Source: Carcharhinus amblyrhynchos (taxonomy: Eukaryota). From it: 64,000 nucleotides of DNA. Positions 48,756 to 59,949 of this stretch are shown here, one piece after another; the stretch's first letter is position 1, and the number at the start of each line of letters is the position of its first letter. The stretch covers positions 37,200,001-37,264,000 of the forward strand of contig OZ336873.1 of assembly GCA_965287045.1 (NCBI GenBank). Reading direction: 5' to 3'. The position numbers were made by a program, and so were the translations under genes. The notes below the pieces were generated by a model. It made no database searches, had not been told where the DNA came from, and saw only the letters and a list, made by a program, of their open reading frames with translations.

Positions 48756-51322
48756 CGACAAATTACACATAATGAACAGTCACAATATTCAAATAATTTA
48801 ATTATTTTGTTGATAATTAACATCCAATTGGAATTGGAAGTGCTAATTATGGATTGCAAAATCACTACCATTTCACTTTCAAAATGTTTTAGCTCATCAG
48901 TTCCAACAAACATTTTAATAACCACATAAAAATGAAATCTAAGTGACATCTTAAGATGCAGTTTTACGGTCACTGTTACATCAAAGCAAACCAACTTCAC
49001 ATATTAACTTAAAAATGACGTTATCACATAGAAGTAATATCATTACACGAAAACTAAGATGTGAACACTCCTCTGGGGTGAGATGAGTGAAGACTTTTTG
49101 AGTTTAGTCCACTGTATTATAATTCTTAATGTTTCATTTAAAAAGTTGCCAAGTGGTCCACTGGACTTTCTGAGAACTTTGAAAGTTAAATTTATAGTCT
49201 CTTTAACGGTAAGGGAAAACATATCCTGCCAAACACTTTCTAAGGGAAGGGAATAATTAGGAATGGGTTGCAATTGTTGGCCCTGTTAGCGACACTCACA
49301 TCCCAGAAGCAAATAATAACTAACTCAGAAATTAATGCACGTACCACCTTGTGCTGGCAGTATACAATAAGAGTAAGCAGTTTTATTCCGTTCCACTGAG
49401 CAGCCAATTCTACAGGTATCAATCTGGAAACAGTAACTTAAGTATAACTACAGTCTTGAGTAATGAATCACTTCCTTCCTTGACTTTGTCTATCCATCAT
49501 TATTCTTGGTTTAGCTTTCAAAAAAGGAAGTGATGCATGACATCATTTTCACATCTTAATCTTTAGCTCAATTGCAACTTGTTTAAAATACTACCAGTCT
49601 TCTGTGACAGTATTCACAGTAAGTCAGATGATGTGCTGTTACATAAGGACAGAAGCACACAGTGGTAGATTTTTAAATTCATCGTCCAGACAGCAATCTG
49701 GTACAGATCATACACCCTTTCCAGAATTTGCCTGATTTTCATTGCATTGAATTAATGGAGCAAAAATGAGGTGGGTTCTGTAAAAACAGTGACTACTTAA
49801 ATTATCCGGCATTTCTTTCCAGACCACAAAGATGAATTGCTGAAAACAGGCACATTTTGAGTCACAAAGACGGTACTGACATTAGTGAAGGAAATTTTAC
49901 AGATTGTGGTTCCCAGACACCTGTCAAACAAAATAAGGAACAAAATCCTACTTTCCTTTCTTTAATGACAGTGAATCCTGTAAACTGCAGATATTCAAGG
50001 CATTGGCCTTAGTTGTCCTTTTTCTCACTCAAAACATCAGTTCTATAAAAATGTTCCCAAAGATCTTAAAACACCAGCTGAGATCACAATCAATACCTAA
50101 TCAGCTGCAAGTGTTAATAATGTATATTTTGAAGCAGTTACAACAAAATTTGCATTTCAAGTACAGTACTTCTGCAGTGGAGCCATTTCCAATGGCAGTC
50201 TCAGTGATGATTAGACTTAGGGCCTAGGTCCACATAGGATCAGGAATGTACCCATCTTCTGGGTCCAAATGAGTCCACATGGGTTTGGGTGTGTATACAT
50301 CTTCGAGGTCCATGTGGGGTTGTGGCTGCAGTGGCAATTCAAACCCCGACATCCACATGGACAAAAAGAGGTCCAGCAGCAATCCATCAGTGATCATGGT
50401 CTTCAAACTTAGATACAGAACATTCTTTGCATATTTCAAAGTGTGACATTAGACATATCCCGTATGTAAACATATAAAAGTGTTTGCTATATTGCAAGCT
50501 GTCTGTTTTTGGCAGTTTCAGTTTTTTGCAGGTTTCACAACATTGCTGATGGGCAAAATTCTCCCATTTTGAGACAAAATGCAATGGTGGAGCCTATGTC
50601 ACTGGCCAGAATGACATGCCAGATTTTGCGCTTGAAACTTCGTTAATTATACCAGTGAGTTCCACTCTGACTCTCCCAGCAGGTTGGCAGCTAATTCATC
50701 TGCCTGCCCTCAGCTAACGGGTTTGAATGTCCTAGCACAATTTTAAAATACCAATCCAGCACACTCCTATCACTCTTTCCAGCATACCTACCTCTACCAG
50801 ACTGTGCAGGAGATCAGCAACCCAGAAGGAAAAGGCTAGCAACTTCAAGAAGAAGTCTGTTCCTTGATTTAATCACTGTCCTCTCCACTGCCTATCACCT
50901 GCAAGCCCCACTTGGCCTTTTACCGATCACCTCTGGAATCTTTATCCATCCCCATCCAATAAACAAAATGGTATCCCTTTAACCCCTTTGTTTCAAATTC
51001 ATTGCCCTTGGTCTTCCCTCTATTTTCCATTGTTTGTCTTCTTTATTCACCTCTTTGTCCCTCTGCCTGCCACCATGAGTCCTCACCTACTCTTCTTCTC
51101 TCTCCCCTCCTTGCAGAGCTCTCATTCCACATGGACCCTTTGTCGTCGTCAGGCTACCATTCTGAGCAACTATTAACCTTAAGTTTGCAACTGTTTAAAC
51201 CAATCTTGCCTTTCTCTTAAAATGGTATGACACCATAATCACAAAGAAGGAAAGTCTCCAGGAAAGCAGCTTTTTTCAAACTATTCCCTCAATTATAGAG
51301 GAAAATATATTACTCAAAAATT

Positions 51323-51641
51323 TGGGCGGCAAACTGGCACAGTAGTTAGCACTACTGTTTCACAGTGCCAGGGACCCTGATTCGATTCCAAGCTTGGGTC
51401 AGTGCGGAGTTTGTACATTCTCCCCATATCTGTGTGGGTTTTCCTCCAGGTGCTCCAGTTTCCTCCCAGAGACCGAAGTTGTGCGGGTTAGGTGAATTGG
51501 GCGTGCCAAATTGCCCTTTAGTGTGAGGAGGACTAACTAGGGTAAATGCATGGAGTACTGGGGATAGGGCCTGGGTGGGATTGTGATTGGTGCAGACTTG
51601 ATGAGTTGAATGGCTTTCTTCGGCACTGTAAGATTCTATGA
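51323..51641 (+). mobile_element. Full-length HE1-like tRNA SINE
   Basis: gggcggca..tggcacagtagttagc (A box), gattcgattcc (B box), V-domain and a CR1-derived tail gattctatg. Confidence 0.88.
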
Positions 51642-51801
51642 ATTTTTTTGGAAATTTTAAATATTCTTGCTGGGAATATCTGCACATCTCTTTCTCTGCA
51701 CAGTCTCTTTCCCAGCTAGACTGTCCTGTTGACACCACTTAGGCATAACATTGCAATTATTTTAATGCAAACTGCAAGGAAGAAGATGTCTTCAGACTGA
51801 C

Positions 51802-51934
51802 CTGCGGGCCACTTTGTAGCAGGAACACAGGAAACCATGCTGCAGACTGTTTTGAAGTCCTACTTCGTTTCCAGTACTGCATTCACAATTGTTGTTATGG
51901 GTAATTTTGTAATCTCTCTCATTTTGAAGGTCCG
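51802..51934 (-). CDS. Candidate internal exon of the unidentified minus-strand transcript (ADLQNERDYK...GFLCSCYKVAR)
   Basis: Weak acceptor aatacAG|, strong donor CAG|GTCAGT. The 133 nt are open in the phase-1 frame required by the 54330-54228 exon. Confidence 0.33.
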
Positions 51935-52964
51935 CTGTATTATAAATTCATCATCTGACGACATTTAATAAACATCAACTTGCACACATATACTAACTTT
52001 AAACACAGTAATTCTGTTAGTATCATGTAACTTAACCTTTTCAAATTTATACATTTTTGTGCTTATTAACATGAAGTGCTGGGAAACTTGCACTTCTTCC
52101 ATTTTGAACAACCAATGTCAATGTGAAGATCATGTTATAGGACAACCAGATGTCCTCAATCTATCTGAATTTAAAGAATATATCCCAGCAGATTAATTTT
52201 CCACACCAACAATCCTTGCAGTCTGAGTGGTAATGTCAATTTAATAATGTAGACTGTGCTGTGCCTCAAACTGACAAACTGTGAACTGGTTTTAGACTAC
52301 CCAAACTGATCTCACAGAAGGCCTTTACAGTTAGCAGATGGAGGAAAAAAAACCATTCAGCCAATCTCGGCTGCACTGAAATCCTGCTTCTAAAAATCTA
52401 TATTCCAAGTACCATCACATGTTGAATCACTCCCAAAATACGGTTTCTTCTTTTCTGAAAAAGCCATGATCCCCTTTAATGCGCTCCATTAAAATAAGGA
52501 GATAGTCAGTAACATATGAAAGAACATTTTTAGCCTGCTGGCAAACAACTCTAAGAGTGTCATTATTCGCAATTTTGTGGTTTCTACATCAGAACAATCC
52601 AAAAACAACAGTCTGACTCTGGTTTCATTCTGACTTTAAATCAGGGCCTCACATTGGAGGCAATTTCACTTTGCTTTGGCTTGGCATTACGTGCAGTATA
52701 ACTCCAGCACAATGTTTTGTCAAGCTTAAGAAGTACTTAGGGCAGTCACTGGATCGCCTGGATATTTTGTAAACCTAAGCAGGGCTTGTTTAAACATTTT
52801 GAGAGTGTGGCTACTCTCTCCATTTAGATTCGTGCCAAGAACAGGGAAGTCCGCAGATATGGAAACACCTCTCTCGTGGCGAGATGCTTTCAGTAGCAAA
52901 GCAATATTATAGTTAAAGGTACAAACTTACTTACAATAACCACTTGATATGTTATGCTGCCAAT

Positions 52965-53825
52965 ATTTGACTCAATTTATTCTTGTCATGTATTGGGATA
53001 CAGCGAAAAGTATTGTTTCTTGTGTGCTAAACAGACAAAACATGCCGTTCTTAGAGTAATTAGGGGAGAAGGAAAGGAGTGGGTGCCAAATATAGTGTTA
53101 CAGTCATAGCTAGAGTGTAGAGAAAGATCAACTTAATATACTATATGGTCAATAATCAAATTCCACTATTTCATTATTTGTGAATTTAATTTTTGAATTG
53201 TTTAATATCACTCACTGACTTCATGCAAAGACTGACCCAATTGTTAAAAAATAAATTTCTAATGGAACAGATTTGATATGATTTATTATTGCACATGGGA
53301 TATAGCAAAAAGTATTGTTTTTGTGCACTATACAGATAAAACACACCATTCATAGCATACATAAGGGAGAAGGAAAGGAGAGGCTGCAGAATGTAGTGTT
53401 GCAGTTACAGATAGGGATAAAGATCATCTTAACATATGGTCAATAATAGAATGATACTTTTTCATTATTTGAGCATTTAATTTTTGACTTATTTAAGTCA
53501 CTGATTTTATAAAAAGATTGACCCAATTGTTAAAAACTAAACTGTTGATGGGATAGATTTGACTTGATTTATTTTCCCACAGATAGGGATTCAGTGAAAA
53601 TTATTATTTCTTGCGTGCTATACAGACAAAACATACCGTTCATAGAATACACAGGGCAGAAGAAAAGGAGAGAGTGTAGAATACAGTATTACAATTATAG
53701 AAAGCGTGTAGGGAAAGATCCACGTAACATATGGTCAATAATAGAATGGTACTATTTCATCATTTGAGAATTAATTTTTGAATTATTTAACTTCATTGAC
53801 TTTATAAATAGATTGACAGAATTGT
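52965..53825. repeat. Diverged tandem triplication of a ~290-300-bp unit (Rex1-type 3' UTR plus unique flank)
   Basis: Units start at ~52966, ~53271 and ~53558. Each contains atatggtcaataat...ttcattattt...ttgac(c)caattgt. Confidence 0.85.
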
Positions 53826-54150
53826 CCCAGGACCAACCGATTCAAGAGCAGCTTCTTCCCTGCTGCCATCAGGCTTTTGAATGGACCCACTTTATATGAA
53901 GTTGATCTTTCTCTAAATCCTACCTATGACTACATTCTGCATTTTCTTTTCCTTCTCTATGTGATTCCAAATAAACTGTTGGACTTTATCTTGGTGTTGT
54001 GAGACTTCTTACTGTGCCCACCCCAGTCCAATGCCGGCATCTCCACGTCACACCTTCTCTATGCACGGTATGCTTTGTCTGTATAGTGCGCAAGAAACAA
54101 TACATTTCACTGTCTACTAACACCTGTGACAATAATAAGTCAAATCAAAT
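53826..54150 (+). mobile_element. Rex1/Babar-type 3' end with a nested Penelope-like fragment (53962-54052)
   Basis: RTNRFKSSFFPAAIRLLNG with a tcaaatcaaat tail. The inner fragment is flanked by the 11-bp direct repeat CCTTCTCTATG (53951-53961 and 54053-54063). Confidence 0.8.
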
Positions 54151-54227
54151 TTAAAAGTAAACTTCTGATGGGACAGAAGGCTTCACGTTAGCTTACAGTT
54201 TGTGAATGGAAGTATGTAAATAGTTAC

Positions 54228-54330
54228 CTCTACTTGTTTCTGCCAGTTGACCTTCCACTTCGGCCAAGGTCAAACTTGGTCCAAGTGTCAGGTCACTTGG
54301 CCACTGACCCAGACCCTCAGGGGTGGCCAT
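54228..54330 (-). CDS. Putative first coding exon of an unidentified gene (MATPEGLGQWPSDLTLGPSLTLAEVEGQLAETSR)
   Basis: Strong Kozak ccgccaacATGG just downstream of the CRE in the CpG island, then 103 open nt ending at GAG|GTAACT (phase 1). An alternative donor ACT|GTAAGC lies at 54196. No homologue recognised. Confidence 0.45.
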
Positions 54331-54960
54331 GTTGGCGGTGACGTCACGGGTTGCGGGGGGGGGGGGGGGGCTCGCTTGCCCCCCCCCCCCCCCCCAAGGT
54401 TCCAGCGAGGAGGGGGTGTGGCGCGCGGCCAGGGGCCACACAGTGTGTGTGGGCGATGCTGTCTGAAGCGCAGAGATAACAGCCTCTGTACTGCGCGGGG
54501 GAGAGAGACAACCCAGGCACGTCCAAATAAAAGTGCAGCCACGCAACACAATATTGACATGAAAACTTGGAGGGGGAAGGAAGGGGGAAAAAGGACTCAA
54601 TTCACCTGTAAACATGTCACCAGGAGGTTCCCAGGTACAGGTCGGATCTGCAAAGCTGAAGCTCCCCACGGGGACATAGATAATCACCTTCCCCCACCCC
54701 CTTCCCTTTTTGCCTCCTCTCTGGCAGAGCGAGTGCATTCTCTTAAGGGGGTAGCTGACATGAAGTTCCCAGAAGTACATCCGCAGCTGCAGGGCAACAT
54801 CCCATACAGTCCAGAGACAAGGGCTGCTTGTGTGTCCCCTCAGTGAGGAGAAAACATTTTTAAACTGCAGACCCAACAGATTTTGTTTTAACCCAACTCG
54901 TGTGATGAGAAAGCAAATTGAAACTCAGCAAGAGCATTCCCCCCCCGCCCTCCCCCCTCA
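54230..54960. promoter_or_regulatory. CpG island / promoter-like region with CRE (GTGACGTCAC, 54338-54347)
   Basis: Abrupt rise in GC and CpG content. Contains a perfect palindromic CRE, a YY1-like AACATGGC overlapping an ATG on the minus strand, and GC-box-like G/C tracts. Confidence 0.75.
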
Positions 54961-57900
54961 CCTTATGATCCAAGCATCTCCCCCAAAGCACTAGATTATT
55001 GGCGCCTGTTCCCCATACTTTACATGGCACTCATTGACTGTTTTACTGGGAGTACGAAAACAAGAAAAAAAGATGAATGAAAGCAGAGCTATTGATACAT
55101 TTTCGCAGCATCTCAGATTTCTGTTAATTATTTGACCGCGCTTTAACAGGCTTTTGTTATGTTTTGTTTTGAGGATTGCTGCAGTTGTGATCTTCCCGAG
55201 TTTGGTAATCCTCAAGGATTTGTCTTAGGGTCAGATAGGTATCAATTCAAATCAAGGAGGATTACAGAGGAATCCAAAACTGCCAACAATGAATGAGCAA
55301 GTTTTAATTGTCACCTGACCTGAGTATTGCACCTCATAGGAACAAGTGCGAGGTTTATTCCTAGCTCAGTTTTGCAGAATAATCTACACACATAGACAAG
55401 CCATTTGCTTTCGTTTACTATCTACGAATCTCTTATTGTGGGGATATAAAGGAATTGTTCTTCGACATTCAGAGGGAATTTTTATGGGGCACTTTATGGC
55501 GTGCTGATACAATGTTTTGTTGGAACCCAGTGCCGAACGTGCTAACTTTTGGAGTTGAATGTTCCACCTTTTTTTCCCAAAGCTTTGACAGATTTAGTGT
55601 GAAGGCATGACACAACATATGTGACATTTTCATCTTTATAATTAAATCATTGTAAATACAATAAATTTCGGTATATTTTAGTGGAAAAATAACGATGCTA
55701 GAAGGTGAGAAACTTCATTCGCACCTGTTTATTTTAAGTTACAAATATGTAACATAACGGATTTGCATTTCAAACGATTACGCCAGACGAAGCAGGATAA
55801 AAATTTTTAGGCAAGCTGAAATATAAAATTCACACAGTTATGCAATAATATTTCTTGCCTACGGAAAAGCCAGTTCTACTGGTATATGAAAAATAATCGA
55901 ATACTAAATTCGTCCTGACTGGAATTAAGATTTCCGAATAGTGCGTAACTTTGAATAAAGATTTTTGTTAGGATCTCGCAATCCGTTGTTTAAATGCAGA
56001 GGTTTATCCTTTCTTTTTAACACTAGCAGTAATTAAATGCTACAATTGTATTCTCTGACCGTCACTTTTGAAAACCAAGTGTATCCTTGCAGTGACAACC
56101 TACAGCCACCACCCTCCCTGCCCCCACCCCCGCAAAGAACACATTTTATTTCCCACCATCAAATGCGATTCACTCAATTACAGAGGACTTAAACACTATA
56201 ATTAAATGATGTAAAAAAATTGAAAGGTCAGTGTATGGATGGCCATTGGGATTCGACTGTGCAAATAAATGCGAAACGGAAGAATTCTTCAGGACAATTT
56301 ACGCTTCAACCCTGCGATTTCCTTCTGAACAAATACAGCGTGCACTGAGACCATTCGTATTTAAATTCCAAGCTCGTTAGCGCTTCAGGTGAATGAAAAG
56401 ATTTGGACTATAAGCTAAATCAAAATATCTTTCCAGTTATCCAATTTATGGTCCTGATGGGAGGTTATCGAATATGTACATTTAATATGTATTTGGAATC
56501 GAATTACACGATTAAAATATAGAATTAGTTCAGTGCTTTTTATGAGGATTGATGCAGACCCAATCAGTTATTCAACGCAAACATTCATCATCGCCTCCAT
56601 TTAAATACAAAGCAGAAATTGAGTAGTCGACTGTTGTGTGCGCCGATCTTAGGTGTAAAGTGATATTTCAGCCTATTTTATTTCGTTCCAAAAAATAGTT
56701 TCCAAGGGATCGCTTTCACTAGATTCTGCTTCAGTGGAGGTACAGCCATTCTAAAATAATTGTTTCCGGTGTTTACTAGATTTCACGTCGACGAGTGTGA
56801 TTAAAGAAATCGCTGAATAGAAATCTGTTAATTTGTTATTTATAACCGATTGAACCGCCGAGAATGTTCACGCATGCTTCGAAATGATTTGGAAATAACT
56901 TTGGGATGAGCTCAGAAAGTTTCCACCTATTTGACAGTTTCCTCTGTGCATGTGTATGTACTGTACTTAAATATAATTTAATTCCTTTTCGTTCTACTTG
57001 CATTGAAGGGAAAGGGAAAACTTTTAAATGATTTTGCTATGTTAAATTTGCCCGATTGCATGAATGCCAGAGCAGTAATTTTAAAAGTCGGCTAGATGTG
57101 CTCTGTGATATTAGACCAAGCCAGGCCATCCATAGCAAGCATAGCTTACGCTATACAAACTTCAGATTGATTAGTGACTTTGCTTCACTTTAAAAATAAA
57201 TCATTTGCAGTCTCTTCAACTTTACATTACGTGTTTTGACGTGGAAAATTAATCGTCTGGCGGTGAAAGAGGATACCGATCTAAAGTTATGTTTTAACAA
57301 TGCATAAATAAGTCTCTCCCTTGACAGTTTATCTGCTGATAAACATGCCGGAAGCTGATGCACCATAGACAAACAAAAGTCTTCAATTTAATCCCGTATG
57401 AGTGCCAGAAGACAAAAGGACGAAGCGAATACCCGGAGCATTTGCAAGGATCATTTAGCATCCAGCCCTGTAAATATTGGGTAACTTGGCTTGTTGTAAA
57501 AACCCAGAGAGGATACCGTGCTCGAATTAACAGTTCCTGCATTGCAGGAAGTGCAACGATGTGTAAAATTAAATGCAGCTGTCGAAAAGGGGGGAAAAAG
57601 ATCACTTCAATAAAAGAAATGCACTGTTCAAGGCAAATACCTGCGGTTTCATGAGTATAAAGGCTATGCGATCTTTATTGGGACTCATAGATCTTTAGTT
57701 CCGAAAGGGACGGAGACAGTGTTCCATGGGAATGTAGTAAAGTGAAAAGCATTATTGGAACAGGGCTTTTAGTGTTTATTTCACCCAATGTCCCTGCGAA
57801 TGATTGGCCTGGTAATAGCAAAGCAAACATGAAAATGTGGTATAGATTTTTAGCCTCATTAAGGAAGCGCTCACCATTTAGCGTCAGTCAATCAATTATA

Positions 57901-59949
57901 ATCACGAGTAAAGACACAAGGCATTATTATAAAAACACACTAGCCCGGTGATATTGCAAATGAGGAGATGGCTCTGCCGGTGCCATTCCCGGTGACGAGA
58001 AATCAACTTTGCATTTTACCCAACTAAAGTTGATCTTAAAAAGTGAACCCAATTAACAGGAGGACGCAGTGTGTGAAATGTTCCTTTTTTAAAAAACGTG
58101 GTCTTTAAAAAGTTTCAGTAAAATCAAAAACGTAATTATATATTTCTTGTAGCTTAATGTCATATTATATCGATCCCCTAGTTAACGCCGTTTAAAAATA
58201 ATGTACCACCAAATGTGCTCTAACATATAGATATTTGAGTGTTCGAACAGCATCATGCTTTTTGAACGGAAGTTAATTCAAAGAGGCAAAATGTCTTTCA
58301 AACGTTCAACAGGCTGAAGACAGTGGCTTAACACAGAAATGTGTGTGTGGTGAGATGTCGGGGAACACGCGTGTCCGAGATGTCGAACACCAGGATGGAA
58401 ATGTTATCATAATCGTTGGTCTAAATAAAACCTGCAACCTCTTTCTTAAAGATCTCCACTTTCAAATAGATAGAATTATATAAATGTAGCAAGTTGTTAA
58501 TTCCCCCACATCCTCTTCCGCGTCTACTAACATTTGAAATGAAAAGCCTATCTTGTCGGGACGGTAGCTGTAAACCAGAATCCAGTTTGACCGTACTGCA
58601 ATGATGACAAGTGCACCTATAAAGCAGAACTGCTGCCTTTGCATTGTCTTCCTCACTTGGTGCCACCCCTTGCAAATCCTGTACTACTTTCCAACTTGCT
58701 GCTACTGTTCCTGCAATATATGTGGCCACTGACATGAATACCGCTTTTGTTGTGCCTAATGACAAACTCACAAGATTATTCCACATCCCAGAGCAGTCCT
58801 GATAATCCACTTCACGATTTAGTAAACTTGAGCCAATTGGTGGAGGTTGTTAGGATAAAACTCGCAGTGCAATACAAAATATTCTAGATGTGGAAAACGG
58901 TGGCAAGTTTCATCTACAACAAGTTCCACAATCCATGTTGCGTCAACAGTAATTCAGTCCATATAATCTTTTGGATTTTTTTTGTAAAGCAAGTTTTCCA
59001 ATTCCGTAATAAGATAGACAAATCCGGGTTGCAGTACATTTGAACATACGTGACTTCACAACCGTCTTATAGTGCAAGCCAACCCTTTACAGGTCTTACA
59101 CACTTGGTTCAAAGTAAATGCATTTTATATAAAACACACAGTTAGTGGCTTCGGCGCGATAACTAATTTCACAGATAAGAAAAAAACAAATATCCAGTAC
59201 AAAAGCAATTACCAGAGCTAAACCCAGCTCCTCCCATCAATAGTAACTGAGGGACGGAAGGAGCCTGATCTAATCGATACTGTAATTAAAGATCCTATGA
59301 AGCGACCAGAGAGTGAGGAGCACGCAAAGAATTTATAATCCTGTCCCTGTGAGCACTTTATGAAGGAAAATCATTGGGAAAAGCTCCCACTGTCTCCTTC
59401 GATGTCAATACTGTGCGAACAGCAAGCAGGAGACAGCTCGAAAAGACTGTCAATAAGATCTGCTCGCTTTTTCTTTCATAGAAGCAGCAGCGAGGAATTA
59501 TTTCCAGCGGAAAGGGGGCGTTTAGGCGAAAGTTATTTGTCCAATTCCCCCACGATCCCCTGCTAGTGCACGGCAACGAAAATACCTCAATCAATTGGGT
59601 CAATATTAAAACGCAGTTTGATTAAGTTGCCAAACATCCTACACAATCTACTAGTTACTGCAACTCTTGGGGTGGAATCAGTTAACTAAGAGGATAACAT
59701 TTTTAAGTCTCAGAAATTCAGACTACGGTAGTCTACGAAATGCAAGTGCATGGAGGTTCAACTTTGGTACAATATGTAGTCCAGCCTGCAGGCTGTGCTT
59801 TCAAATAGTGGTAGATGGGCAATGGATATCAGAATATATCACATAGCTCTGCCCATCAAGTTCTCATCCAGTAGTTTAAATAGACAACATTTGATTATAA
59901 TTGCCAAGATGCTTATTAAAAGTGTACATCTGATTTCATGTGATGATAT

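Noticed and set aside
54193-54876. 227-aa and 199-aa overlapping ORFs
   Set aside because: They are a by-product of high GC and homopolymer runs in the CpG island. Only the part from the Kozak ATG at 54330 is considered plausible.
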